DNA of 64,000 nt. It comes from Rhizophagus irregularis. Its lineage: Eukaryota. The position numbers were made by a program, and so were the translations under genes. Positions 25,601 to 39,561 of the stretch are shown here, in pieces. The DNA lies in NCBI RefSeq assembly GCF_026210795.1, contig NC_089432.1, forward strand, positions 248,001-312,000. The letters run 5' to 3'. How positions within the stretch are numbered: position 1 is the stretch's first letter; each line of letters starts with the position of its first letter. The notes under the pieces are model-generated. The model was not told the DNA's origin and searched no databases. It saw only the letters and a list, made by a program, of their open reading frames with translations.

Positions 25601-26843
25601 ACGTTCATTTAGAATTCCAAACATAAACTTTGTTTGATCATCAGTTGGTTTATAAGTTAGTTTATCAAATAAAGTTTGATTACGCAAATTTTTGTATTTA
25701 CTATTCCAGCAATATTTGATTTCTTTATCTGGTGTATAATAGAATAAAGAGGGTAAAAGAAATAAACCAGTATGATTCATAAAATTATAAAGTTGAATAT
25801 CTAAATAAAAAAAAAATAGTGATTTAATATGAGTAATAATTAAAGTATAAATAAAATTTATTAAAAATGGTTACCATCATTTATATCCAAAGAAGCAATA
25901 GGAATTCCTAATTCGATTGAATAAACGATGATTTTATCATTGGCTTTTAAAATATTAAACTTTTCATTACTGAATATTCTGATAAGACATGTTTCAAACT
26001 AAAAAATAAATAATATTTAATATATTTAATTATAATATAACATCAATTGGGTTTGAAAATAATTTTATAATATTTATTACCTTATTCTTATCCTTATTAT
26101 TAACAAATATTTTTATACTTTTTTCAGTATTAATATTCCATTCATAAATGCAATCATTTGAAAACAGGTAAACATTATCATATTTTGATATACTAATTAT
26201 TTCATAATAATTATAAGGTATCTCGTAAAATCTCTTACATTCCCATTTGTTATATTTAGTTTGTGTTGAATAAATCCAAATAATTTTACGTTCTCTATAA
26301 TTTTCATATAAAATAAATTCACTTTTTAAATTAAAGGTACAATACCGCGGATCAACTTCTCTATTAGAACTTAATGCAATTTTTTTATCTTCACTATTCA
26401 TATCGATTATATTGACTAAAAAAAAAAAATATTAAAATAAATATCAATTACCATAAGTTTATAATTACATAATCAAATGATTATTACTTACGGCCATAAC
26501 GATATTCACGATGACAAGCATAAGCAACTTTCTTATCATCAGAAACACATAAACCAGTAATATAATCAATATTTTCGATAATTTTAACAGTTTGATCAAA
26601 TTTAAGTTGAAACTTATCCATATCTTCAACATTCCAACCGACAATTGAAAGATCTTTTTCACTATAAGTAATAAGGTATTTATCATTTGGTGATATTTCT
26701 ATCTTAGTAATAGGTTTACCATTATGTCGTTCATCATCGAAGGTAAATATTTTATCAACATCATTTTTATCAACATCGATTTTATCAACATCGATTTCAA
26801 TTTTGTTAGAATCATCGTTAATTTTTACTGAAATGTCATCCAT
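22693..26843 (-). CDS. TRP-like cation channel, 8 exons, about 1205 aa
   Basis: Exons 26843-26492, 26415-26081, 25998-25875, 25800-24022, 23943-23479, 23404-23229, 23153-23080 and 23005-22693 all join in frame (3618 nt). WD40-like N-terminus (ITKIEISPNDKYLITYS), ALINFKW pre-S1, TM helices, FAHAFYILL, S6 VYLMNLLIGLLN, C-terminal coiled coil. Confidence 0.88.
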
Positions 26844-27983
26844 TTGGTAATCGCTTATAAATATATAAATTTATTACCAAAAATTATTTTTTACCTCGTC
26901 CATTTGCGATTATATACTTTTTTTTTATTGTGCAAACATGCATGGCTATACGTAATATTTCCTATTGCATGAAAAAAAAAAAATTTTTTTTATTGTGAAG
27001 AGTTAATTGAGCTTTTTATTTTGTAACACGTGTAATAAATATGCATGGCTGTACGCCTCTTGCATAAAAAAAAATTCTTTTTTATTATGAAAAGTTATTG
27101 AGCAATGATCAACTTCCGACATATTTTTCATCGTTAATCAAATCTAAGTATTTTTTATGGAAAGAGATATGCAAATATTACGTTATTCTAAAGAAATACT
27201 TGTTTACCTCCTATAATCAATTTTCTCCTATAACAAAGACTTTTATAACCGAAAATAAATATTTGGCGTTTATCCGACATATAAAAACTACTTATTCATA
27301 TATTTATTTAGTTTTTTTTATGAAACAGTGTCCTGATAAAGTTATTATCTTATGCGGATAAAAAAAAAAATTTTAACCGTTACTGTCCAATTTTCTTTTT
27401 TTTTTAAAAAAATAAAAAAAAATCCTTTTACATTTCTTGTAAGACCGTTTATCTATAATGATTTATGATTCTATATATTAAATTGTTCGCTCTTAAACCA
27501 GAACCCTTTATTTTTATATCATTGTAAAATAAAATAAAAAAAATTAAGCATTTTCTTAGTAACTATTAATTTAATTTCAGTGAATTTGTCATTATTAATT
27601 CAGCATATTACTCATATATAATCATTTACGTTACCACTAATCCTGGATATAGATATAAAAAAAAAAAACTCAACTATGTACCCGATGAAACTCCGTTAGT
27701 TTGTCGCTATTGATCACATAAGATGTTAAAATTGTTACAATTATTTTGTAGAATTTCACACTCAACGAATACAGGAGCCTCAACATTCACCGCATGAGGT
27801 GAATTACTGAATTACCCACAATGAAAGGATTATTTCCAGGAAGAGGGTAGGAACGGTCACAAGATGGGTTAAAAGCGTTCACACCATTGCAAAACATTTG
27901 AAAAGATTTGTGGACTATTGAAATCGCTTATTTGAGGCGGCAAAATCTGTCCATTAATATTAAGAGTAACCGCTGGCGTATTA

Positions 27984-28347
27984 GAGCGTTCTCAAGCATC
28001 TCCCTCAATGTGATTGAATGATGATGTCATTGTGTTCAAGTATCACAATCAATAGAGATATCGATAGAATTAAAAGCTTGAGAAAGCTTTTTTTTTTGAG
28101 CTACATGATTTTATTTGGTTACGATTTTTTTTTTCAGATAATTATTTTCATAATTTTAGAGTGTGAGAAAAGTGTTGTAAAAAAATATGTAAAATCTTGA
28201 ACGAGCTTGAGCATACTCTATCAATTGTAGATCATTGAAGAAAAAAGGTGACTCATTTGTTTTTTCATCAAAATGGTAACTCTCTGATATTTTTTTGGCC
28301 AATCAGATCGTTCATCAGTCTATCAATTGAGGTGCTTGAGAACGCTC
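27984..28347. mobile_element. PIF/Harbinger (Tourist-like) MITE
   Basis: TIR gagcgttctcaagca / tgcttgagaacgctc flanked by a TTA target duplication (27981-27983, 28348-28350). Confidence 0.85.
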
Positions 28348-30144
28348 TTAATCACATTACCGTTCGGGAGATAACTATATGTAGTTCTCATATCTCTGCC
28401 CCAAACATTGAAATTTAGAAAGTTTCGAGAGTTTGCCATAACATGAAGACGAATGATAAGTTTCTTCCAGAATTTTTTTTTTTTTTGATTGTACAGTAAC
28501 TTTCAGAAGTTTCCTAATCTGATTTGCTATAGTACTTTACGCACTCACAAATAAGATATTAATTTTTCAAAAAGTTTGATGGTATGATGCAAGGGAGACA
28601 ATTGCGCTTAGCATATTAATTTGTTGATTACCAATTAAAGAGATAAAAAATAAAATATATAATATAATATAATATAATAATTAAAAATAAATTAAAATTT
28701 ATGCAAATGCTGTTCTATATTTTCTTTTGTTATATAAAAATCAGCTAAATATATATATATTTTTTTTTTACGATCTTTTTTACGAGACTTTTTATAAGAA
28801 ATTTTTTATAATGTATTACGATACAAGTTAAACTATTATTTACAATATTACTTTATAATAATTTATAATCGACAAGTATAAAAGTCACTAATTTAGTAAG
28901 TACCCTTAATTTAGTTATGAAAAATCGTCATTCTATTAATTTGGAAAAGGCAAAAATATAAAAAAAAATTAAAAATAAAAAAAATTAAATAAACAAAAAA
29001 CAAGTAAACACTTATATTCACGTGAAAGTATTAACAAAAAAATAAGTATTAAAACGATACTTTATCACCGTTTTCAAACAATGTAGCCTGAAATTAGATT
29101 ACTGGAGGGTCTCAAATCATCCCTTTTTTAAATTTTTTTTTTTTAAAAAAAAACTCTTTTTTATTTATTATTTATAAAATTGCACCAATAATATATTTTT
29201 TTTTTAAGAAAAATAAAACAAGTAATTCACAACAAGTTTTTAACATAGTGAACCTTTCTCCTTCATGCATTTATAGGATTCAATTGTCTTAATACAATCA
29301 AACCTTAAACAAGCTCTACCACATGCGTTGCAAAAGCACATCATACTCCTACACGCGAACGCAACTAACATTTCAAACCATGTCTTCACAGACTACTAAC
29401 CTCGTTCATCTTATTCTTAGGGTCTTTTCTATCGACCAATAAATGACTTTTTTCATTATTTGTTAACTGTAAAGAAATTCAATTACATGTTTATTAAAGG
29501 ATCATAACACCCAATCTAATAAACAGAAATGATCGATACCCGATTTTATCAAATATCATGCGAAATTATTTTTCCCTTTGATGATTAATCGTTTAAATAA
29601 AATTTTCTCGAAATTGAGCTTCAACAGGATGTAGAAAAGAAAAATAGCATTATTTGTTTCTATGTAAATAGGTAACGGTATCATGAAAAGTTCTTTTACA
29701 ATTCATTGATGGACGATAGAATATGATAGTAAATGGAAAGAATTTATTTGCGCAGATGCCTGAACCACAGCAGTCACGTAAAGTGCGTTTGCAGTTGCAA
29801 TATCTTATCGTAAAGAGTTAATGCTACATTTGTAAATTGTTATAATTAGTAAAGTTTGAATATTATTATATTAAAATGCTTAAATATTAAAAAGGTTTAA
29901 ATAAAAGTTAAAAATATCCTATTTAATATATAGATTTTGTAAATGTATTCAAAATTAATAAATTAATAAGTCTAATGGCCAATAATCTTCAACGTCAGAA
30001 AAAAAAAAGTATTTTATTGGTGTAAATATAATGTCAATCATCATCCAATTATATCCAAGAATTACGTAATATTTGTTGCACAAATCTATTCATGAATATA
30101 AAACAGGACGTACGGGATTTTTTTTTTAAAAAAAAATAAAAAAA

Positions 30145-31584
30145 AAGTCAAAACTCAACGAAGACGTACTTTTTTTAATATTTAAAGAATTAAAGCATGA
30201 TAAAAAATCACTTTATTCATGTCTTTTTGTTAATAAAACTTGGTGTGAAACAGTGGTACCTATTTTATGGGAAAATCCTGGTCAATATCACAGTTATAGC
30301 AGTTCAATGAATAAATTATTTAAGACAATAATTTTACATTTATCGGAAGAATCAAGAGATAATTTAGGAATTGATATTAATAGTATCACAGAAACATATC
30401 AACGTCCTTTATTTAATTACATTGATTACTGGAAGTTTTTAGATATATCTTTTATAGAAGATTTAATTTTTGGAAGAAGAATTATTAAAAATTCCAGCGC
30501 GTCTGTTACAAAAAATGAAATATTAAAGTTATTTATTAATAAAAATAGAAATACAAAATTTAATCATCTTTTTATCCAAGATAAATATAAAAAATATTAT
30601 GATTATCAATTACATCATATTTCAGGGGCCGAACATTGCTTTTCAAATCTTGAATCCTTTTACTGCCAAGGTGATGTTGATCAAAATGTTATGAAAGTAT
30701 TGGCTAAAATATGCAAATCGATTAAAAAATTTAGATTTGAATATGTCTCTTGCTGTGCCGATATTTCTTGGATCATTAAATTAATTGAAGTACAAAAAAA
30801 ACTAAATTATGTTGATTTCACTGATGATTACTACAATAATGGATTAAATACTAATAAATCATTTTACAAGTCTCTTGAGGAATCTTTGATTAGACACGCT
30901 GATACTTCCATTATTTGAGAATGGATTGGAAACCTATTACAAAACTTCTTCATATCTTTCAAACTTATTAAGTTTAGAATTTAATATAACCCATTCTAAA
31001 TGCTGGAATGAGTTAGATTATTTAAAGTATTTATCATTACCTAATTTAAAAATTTAAAGACTCATCGAGCTCCATCTAAAAGTTTAGTAAATTTAATTGA
31101 AAGCACAAAAGGGCATCTTACTGTAATTGATATAACTTATAATGGTATTGATAATGAAAGGCTTATTCAAGCAATATATCAAAATTGTCCAAATCTTAGA
31201 TATCTTAAAATATCATTAATGAATAATACTAATTCACTTATTTCAGAATTTGAAAATTTATTAATTAATTGTAAATTATTAAATGAATTAATTATTGAAA
31301 TATATGATAGATATATTAATACATTTAGTTGGGATAAATTGTTTATTATATTAGCTAAGTCAGCACCAATTGGTTTATTTAAATTTAAGTTTCATTCCAA
31401 GAGATTTGAATTGGAAGATTTTAAATTATTTTTTGACAATTGGAAAAATAGGAATCCTATACTGTTAACAATAGGATACAATCCTTTTTCTATTAACCTG
31501 AAAGAATATCATCAATTAATAGATTTATTTGAAAAATATAAAGTGAAGGAGATAATTAAAAAATACTTCATTAGTTGTCTTTGA
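30145..31584 (+). pseudogene. F-box/LRR-like protein pseudogene
   Basis: SKLNEDVLFLIFKELKHDKKSLYSCLFVNKTWCETVVPILWENP is F-box-like. AAG stands where the ATG is expected; frameshifts near 30910-31060; resumes IYQNCPNLRYLKI..FDNWKNRNP. Confidence 0.8.
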
Positions 31585-31659
31585 ATGGAATTAAAAAAAA
31601 ATTCTTGATTTAGATTTTTTGAACTTCATGATATATTATTTAGGCAATTTCTATTTGTA

Positions 31660-31892
31660 CACAGGGTGTTTAAACACGGGTCATATTAGTAGATTAAAAA
31701 CGGCATTCAAAACCTTCTTTAATGCCTTAAGTAAACTTGCAGAGCAGGTGAAAATACATATATTTATCTGTAATATAATAAGAATAAAAAGTAAAAGAGT
31801 ATAATGTCGGTAGCATTCAATTTCAAATTAAAAAACAAAAAATTAGTCTATTAAAAATTATATTTATATGACCCGTGTACAAACACCCCGTG
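31660..31892. mobile_element. Tc1/mariner-type MITE
   Basis: 27-bp TIR cacagggtgtttaaacacgggtcatat / atatgacccgtgtacaaacaccccgtg with TA on both sides. Confidence 0.8.
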
Positions 31893-32794
31893 TAAACTTA
31901 GAAATTTTCTATTATTTATTATCATTTTAAAAAAATGGTTATCTATATTAATAAGTTTTGATTATGAAATATCTAAATAATATCTATATATAAAAAAATT
32001 TGTCTACCGTTTAGAATTAGTCTCCATAAAAATAATTTGAATTGTGTAACATGAAACCCGTGTCATAATATGAGTACCACATGATAATACTTGCGCCTGA
32101 TCTATTCCTTATTTATTATTACACTAAATCGTTACGTAATTATTTTTTTAATTCAAACTTATTTTTTTATATTAAACCATAGTATATTTTTATTTAAACC
32201 TATATTTGCGATCCATCATTACATCTTAAAAAAAAATAATAATTGTAATTCTACAGAAATTCTTCTCTTAGATATTTCTTTTTTAGTAGAAAATAATAAA
32301 TTGAATGATTTCTTATAATCTTTCATGTTAATTATTCGCCACGTTGTTTATTTAAAATAAATTCAATTGAAAATAACTAAATTGACTTTTCATCAATCAT
32401 GTTTATATTGATTTCTTAAGTAAGATATTGAATAATAATCATTGACTTTGTTTACCAAATTATTTGAATATTAATGAGGATACTATCTATTCATTAAGTA
32501 TGACAACTAAATTTGTTAAACACAAATTGTACTCGCTGAAAATAAAAAATAAAATAAAATTTTTAATTTTAAATTATCATATTATAAAGTATGGAAAGTA
32601 CGATAATAAATTGGTAGTAATATTTTTCTTTTTTTGGTTGTGAGGCGTAAAATACTACGCCTCAAGGTCACAAAATTTATGTGGGCACAACATGAAATTT
32701 TGATCAAAAATTTGCATTTTACTAATTTATCACGGAGTTCGAGTGAACGAAATTAAAGTAAGTCATTTATTCTTTCTTTCTTATTGAATACATT

Positions 32795-35218
32795 ATGTCC
32801 ACTCTTCGATATGAGTTAATTGCTGCAACAAATAATAGAGCAACAACATTAACAGATACTAATATTTACAATGATATACACAAACAATTTGAATTTCAAC
32901 GACAAACAGTCCTTGCTGATAAAATTCTTACAAATGATGAAAAAATCTATGCAATAAGAAAATTAGTTAAAAATTATGATCGGGATAAAGTTATGGATGA
33001 TGATGGTGCAAGAAGAATTTGTGAAAATTGTAACCAAGAATGTTTAGCCACATTATATTGTGAATATTGTGTTCGAAATTATTTGCAAGAAAATTTTTCA
33101 AATTGGACATCCGAGAATGATGATATTGATAATTTAATACAGGAATGTCAAATGGAATCACTCATGCCAAGTAAAATAGTTGAATGGATCCCATATAGTA
33201 ATTTAGAAAATATTGAATATTTAACAAAAGGTGGATTCTCAGAAATTTATACAGCAAATTGGATTAATGGAGATTATGATGAATGGGATTATGAAAAAAA
33301 ACAATTAAAAAGATTTGGAAATTTCAAAGTAATATTAAAAAAATTAGAAAATGTTGAAAGTGCAAAACAAAGTTGGTTTGAAGAGGTTTGTATTATTGTA
33401 TTCTATATTTCATAAAGTTATTGTAATTTTTTGTATTAGCACTAGTATTTTTACAAATTATTGTCTTTTAGGCTAAATCACATTTAACTATAAGTAATAA
33501 ATGGGCAGATGTTGTTCAATGTTTTGGTTTAACACAAGATCCATCAAATGGAAATTATATTCTTGTAATGGAGAAAATGGATATAGATTTAAGAAAATAT
33601 TTACAACAAAATCATAATCAACTTACATGGAAAAAGAGAATATATATTACTTATGAAATAATTCTTGCACTTAGATATATTCATGATGAGAAAGCCATTC
33701 ATAGAGATTTGCATTCTGGAAATATATTATATTCACAATTTAATGATCATTGGTATATCAGTGATCTTGGATTTTGTGGACCTGTTGATAAATCTTCAAC
33801 AAGTATATATGGAAACCTTCCTTACATAGCACCTGAAGTTATTGTTGGAAGAGAATATACTTTTGCACCTGATATTTATAGTATTGCAATTCTTATGTGG
33901 GAAATTTCAACTGGACAATTACCATTTATAAATTATGAACATGAAAATGATATTGTAATGAATGTTATTAATGGTATAAGACCAAAAATTGTGCCAGGAA
34001 CTCCATTAGAATATAATAATTTAATGAAGGAATGTTGGGATGCTGATCCATTAAAAAGACCTGACGCTAATGCACTTGAGATAAGAATGTTAAGAATTAA
34101 TTTAAATTATCAAAATATGTCAGATGAATTATTCAAATCAGAAATAGATAATTCAGGAATGAATAAAGTAGAAGAAAATTATACGAGTAGCAGATTATTT
34201 ACAAGTAAAATTCACAACTTTGGAAATCTACCTGAACCAAGTAATGCAACTGAAGGTATAAGTATATAATATTTATTAATGAATGTATTTATTTTAAAAA
34301 TATATTATTAATATTATCTTTTTTTGAATTTATATTATAATAGAAGAACAAGAAGGTATAACCGTATAAATAATAATTTCTACAATTTTTTATAATAATC
34401 CAGTTTTTAAAATACTTAATACTTTAATTTTACTACTAATAGTGTTTCATAGTAAATTGTATGATTTTAACATTCCTAACAATAGTAAGTACTGTATTTA
34501 ATGTTTATATAGCGTTGAAGTATTATATAATAATATTTAACAATTAATATTTGTTTTAGTTAACGATTTTAATGGAAAAAATAAGCAGTATAGTAAGAAA
34601 TTATTAATAAATATTTTAAAGGTGATTTGTTTAAAATAATAGATTAAATATTAAAATCTATTCCTATGTTCTTAATTTTAGGTGATAGTGAAAAATTACC
34701 CAAAGAATTTACAAATTTACGAATAAATTCAAATAGTAAGTAAATAAGTTGAAATAAAAAAATATTCATTGTATCAGTTTCCATTTATTAATAACGTGAC
34801 TTTTATTTTAAAAAAAATATGACGAAAAGAAATAATTCAACAACAAATGAAAAGGAAAGATATTGATATTGATGGTAAGCAAAAAAAGTAAAAATTATTT
34901 TGTCAATATATTTGTTTAATATAGCTTTAATTTAAAAATTTAGATGATGAAAAAGAAATAATTCAACAAAGAACGAAAAGACAAAATATTGGTGATATTG
35001 ATGGTATGCGAATTTTCAATTTAATTTTATATTATTTTTTAATTTAATTATTTATTTCTTATAGATGATGACGAAGTATATAATAATCCAAATCTTCATT
35101 CAGAAGAACAGGATGAAATGGAAATTCCTGATGGTAGGTTCTTAAATAAAGTAAATTTCTTTTTAAAGCAAATAATTAATTTATAATTTGTTATTTTTTA
35201 ACTTTAGGTGGATTTTGA
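32795..35218 (+). CDS. Tyrosine-kinase-like protein kinase with N-terminal Cys motif and micro-exon acidic tail
   Basis: Exons 32795-33385, 33472-34255, 34344-34355, 34443-34484, then several short exons to TGA at 35216-35218 (tail structure less certain). Motifs CENC..CEYC, KGGFSEIY, VILKK, HRDLHSGN, DLG, PYIAPE, CWDADPLKRP. Confidence 0.85.
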
Positions 35219-35979
35219 ATAATAATTTAACAATGTTTTTTATATATATTTTAAATTATCATCATTTATTTATTTATTTATTTTTTATCTTGGATTATTT
35301 AAACACTAAGACTAGAGTAGTAAAAATTCTTAGTTTGTAATTTGAATAATTTTAATGAATTTATTCAAATTATTAAAATTATTAAATGACCTCATGAAAG
35401 TATAACAAGATATTGTGACACGTTCTATATTAAAAAATTTGTTTTCAATTTTTTACAATTGTTAATTCTATAAAATTTATTATTATGTATTTGCATGATC
35501 AAAATATAATAAAATACATAATTCTCATAATAATTAATAAAAAATTTTTATTGTAAATTACTCGATGCATCAAAATTCTTTTTCTATAACATAAAAGTAG
35601 GAATTTCAATTTGCTCAAACAGCCAACAGCCTTAGGGTTTAAGTTGTGAACTTAAACGTACTAGATTACTAGTTACTCATCAAAATAAATTTTTAAAGAT
35701 TTAAGAAAAATTATATGAATATTTTGATACCTAAATTTTCACTTAATGTTGCATTATCATTATATTCTTTTTCTCCATATATTACTAATTTATACTTAAT
35801 TCTTTTTGATTTAAAATTCATTTAATTTGCAAGAATAATCGAATAATCAATTTTTCTACATATATAACAAGATAATGTTATGATTTTTAGTAATAGGCTC
35901 ATTATCTAAAAAATTTAAATTAATAAAATTAGATAGAAATAATAAAATAATTTAGTATGAATTAATAAATTATTAACTT

Positions 35980-36150
35980 ACCAGGAAAGATATTCTTCCA
36001 ATATTCCACTTTTGATAATAATCAAACCAACATACAAGAATTCATCAGTTGGTGGTCTTTTATTAGTATCGGAATCTCAACATCTTTTCATTGATCTTAT
36101 ATACTGGCGATGTGCTTTCAACAATTTTCGGCCTTAATACTTCACAAATA
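35980..36150 (-). pseudogene. Protein kinase C-lobe fragment
   Basis: Degenerate ICEVLRPKIVESTSPVY..DSDTNKRP. Confidence 0.5.
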
Positions 36151-36608
36151 TTTAAGAAAAGAAATAAAAAAATAAAAATAAAGGGGGGAAAATGCACCTA
36201 CTGTAGCCCCTGATCAGTGATCACCCTATCCTGATCCGAACCTAAAAATCATGATATTTATATACAAAAAAAAACTAATAACATAGATTTATATAGAGAT
36301 TAACATTTAAAGAAAATAAATTGAATAAATCGGTAAATAAAAAAAAAAGCAAGGGGCGTCAAATCAGCGGCATCACGCATTCCGAATTCCCGCAGACTGC
36401 AAAATGTGCAACGAGATAAGAATTACATAAATTTACATAACGCCTCCCGGCATAATCTAAAAAAGGAGAGATATACATGTTATTTCGTTCACAAACTCTG
36501 TGATTGATGTACTACTCAATAATTCCATTGTATGACAATACTTCCGTACATAAAAAGCAATGAAATTATTCATAAAATAAACTTTTTTTATTCTTCGATA
36601 ATACTAGA

Positions 36609-37766
36609 ATGGAATTTGTCAACAAATATTATCAAACAGATAACGATCTTCAAATTTCAAATAAACAGCAGCAACTAAATGTTGATAAAAAACCATAATA
36701 AAGAATTTATCATGTGCGGAATTATTTCAAACCATTCAACATTTTAATAAAATAAATGTGAAAGAAGTGGAACCTTCAATTCAAGATAATAATGAAAACA
36801 TATTTGTGGAAGATTTAACATTTATAGTTGATGAATTAATTAATCTTGTTATTAAGGAGATAAATGAGGAGAAAGAATATGAAATAATAAAGCAACATGT
36901 TTATGATTATATAAATAATCATGAGACAAATTCACAAGAAATCTACAACTGGCTTTTAAATAATCAAAATGGTTCAAATAATTCTATCTATTTACTTGGA
37001 TATTTAATTATCATTGTATTGAAACCAATATTAATAAGCAAAAAGTGTTCGAATTATTTGAAAAAGCAATAGAATTAGAAAATGCTGCAGCTCAATTGAT
37101 ATTTGCATTTATGAAAAAGATAATGAAAAATATGAAAAATATCATATTAAAGCTTTTGAATTATTAAAAAAATTAGCAGAAGGAATGAATCCAAGTACAT
37201 TAAATACTTTAGGATATTGTTATGAGAATGGAATTGGAACAAATACTAATGATTTTGAAGCATTTGAATCATATCAAAAAGCAGCGAATTTAAGGCATTT
37301 AGATGGATTATGTAACTTAGGGCGTTGTTATGAAAATGGAATTGGAACAGATATTAATAATTTAAAGACATTTGAATCATACCAAAAAGCAGCAGATTTA
37401 GAAAATTTATATGGAATAAATAATTTAGAATGGTGCTATGAAAATTGAATCGGAACCGATATTGATGGACAGAAAGCATTTGAAACATATCAAAAAGCGG
37501 TACAATTAGGTTCACAAGGAATAAATAACTTAGGTTGGTGTTATGAGAATGGAATTAGAACCGATGTTGATTTGCAACAAGCGTTTGAATTATATGAAAA
37601 GGCATCAAATTTGGGAAGTTGTTATGCTAAATATAATCTTGCTGTAATGTATGAGTACGAAAATGGTGTTAAAAAAGATTTGCATCAAGCAATTTATTGG
37701 TATGAAAAGTCTGAACAAGGATATTTATGTGCCCAAGATAAATTAGAAGAACTTTTAGAAGAATGA
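36609..37766 (+). pseudogene. Sel1-like repeat pseudogene (7 SLRs), closest at the 5' end to the 12563 gene
   Basis: Starts MEFVNKYYQT; several frameshifts and stops split it into ORFs 36758, 37185 and 37572; ends LLEE* like the 12563 gene. Confidence 0.88.
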
Positions 37767-38568
37767 ATATATTATCGCTATACATGTATATTGATTGTTT
37801 CATTGTTTTATCATAAAATTTATTTTTCTATATCAAATATCTGTTTACCGTCACAGATTTCATAAATATTAACATATTTAGCATATTACAGCATTATTAA
37901 CACCAAATGATAATTAGAAGTAGTTTCGTTAGTAATTAAAAAAATTTTAATAAATAATTTTCAGTTTAGATTAATTTTGACGGGAGTAAGAATCCCAATT
38001 TCTAATTTGTCTTTTTACATCATTCTTACTTTTTTTCCACAAATACTCGTTTCTTAATATTAATTCATTAATTGATTTTAGTAAAGCCAATAGTTCTTAT
38101 TTCAGGCGTTATAATATTTCACAATAATAAGATAATTGGTATATAGAACGAACGTATATTCAGCATAGCGAATTTCTTTTATTAAATCTATACTTCATTT
38201 TAATGAACATTCTTAAACATGGTGTCATCTTTTTATTAATAATTTTTTAGATACATTCATCCATAATTCACTAAAGATGTTAGTTAATAAATAATACGGG
38301 TAACAAAAAAGCCATATTGTGCGGACTAGAATTTTGCTTCTAACAAATTAATTACTCTATGAAAATTAAATAATATTAAAATAATAAAGTTCAGTGAGCC
38401 TGTTATTTAAACTAATAACATTTTAAAAGGCAAAATTTTGTTTCTTATTATATAATGTTTACAATTTATTAACTATCACAAACCAATCATTATGTAACGG
38501 ATAATCCAATGTTCTTGAGGTAAATAATCAACAGAGTATTTATCGTATTTATCGTATTTATCGATAGA

Positions 38569-39561
38569 TCATTCCTTAAAAAACTCTAATTTATTTAATT
38601 TATTTTGAGCATCTTTATCTCCTTGATTGGCAGATTTTTCATACCAATAAATTGCCTGATTTATATTAATATCAACCCCATTTCCATACTCATACATTAA
38701 TGCAAGATTATATTGAGCTAAACAATCACCTGAAATTGCTGCTATTTTATACAATTCAAATGCTTTTTGATAATTAACATCGGTTCCAATTCCAATATTA
38801 TAGAAATATCCTAGCAAACTCATTCCACTTGGATGATTTTCTTCCGCTAATTTTTTAGATATTTCAAAAGCCATATCATGATTTTCTTCAACACCTTCTC
38901 CATTCTTATACATTAAAGCAAGATTACATTGAGCTTTAATATTCCCTAATATTGCAGCTTTTTGATATAGTTCAAATGCTTTTTCCTTATTTATATTAGT
39001 TCCATACCCATTATCAAAACAATATCCTAATTTATTCATTCCAGATATAATTTCTTTTTTTGCTAATTTTTCAGACATTTCAAAACCTTTATCATAATTT
39101 TTTTCAATCCCTTCTCCATCCATGTACATATTAACAAGATCACATTGTGCCACATTATGTTCTAAATCCGCTGCTTTTTTAATTAATTCAAAAGCTTTTT
39201 TCTTATCAATTTTAGTCTCGATTCCATGATAGTAAAAATAACCGAGTAAATAAATAGAATTTAAACTATTTTGATTATTTAATAACCAATTATAAATTTC
39301 TTGTGGGTTTATTCTACAATGATTAATAAAATCAAAAACATTTTTTTTTCTTGTATATTCTTCATATCCTTCATTTGATTCCTTAAAAATTAAATTAACC
39401 AATTCATCAATCATAATGCCTAAATCTTCTTCAAATATATTTTTATTAATATTTTGAATTGTAGGTTCTATTTCTTTCATATTTATTTTATTAAAAATTT
39501 GGATAAATTTAATTTTGTAATATTTATTTTTAGTATTATTTGTATGTAAAAATAATTTCAC
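38569..39561 (-). CDS. Sel1-like repeat protein, 6 SLRs, kinase-less
   Basis: Open frame of 330 codons; first ATG is at 39480 (MKEIEP), so the true start is uncertain. Confidence 0.85.
   Translation of the reverse strand: MKLFLHTNNTKNKYYKIKFIQIFNKINMKEIEPTIQNINKNIFEEDLGIMIDELVNLIFKESNEGYEEYTRKKNVFDFINHCRINPQEIYNWLLNNQNSLNSIYLLGYFYYHGIETKIDKKKAFELIKKAADLEHNVAQCDLVNMYMDGEGIEKNYDKGFEMSEKLAKKEIISGMNKLGYCFDNGYGTNINKEKAFELYQKAAILGNIKAQCNLALMYKNGEGVEENHDMAFEISKKLAEENHPSGMSLLGYFYNIGIGTDVNYQKAFELYKIAAISGDCLAQYNLALMYEYGNGVDININQAIYWYEKSANQGDKDAQNKLNKLEFFKE

Noticed and set aside
22693..26843. Six or more separate genes as listed in the ORF track
   Set aside because: They are exons of one spliced TRP-like gene; likewise 47565-49790 and 32795-35218.
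28300..28325. CTGATGA cores suggesting hammerhead ribozymes
   Set aside because: No matching GAAA core and stems found at the occurrences I inspected.
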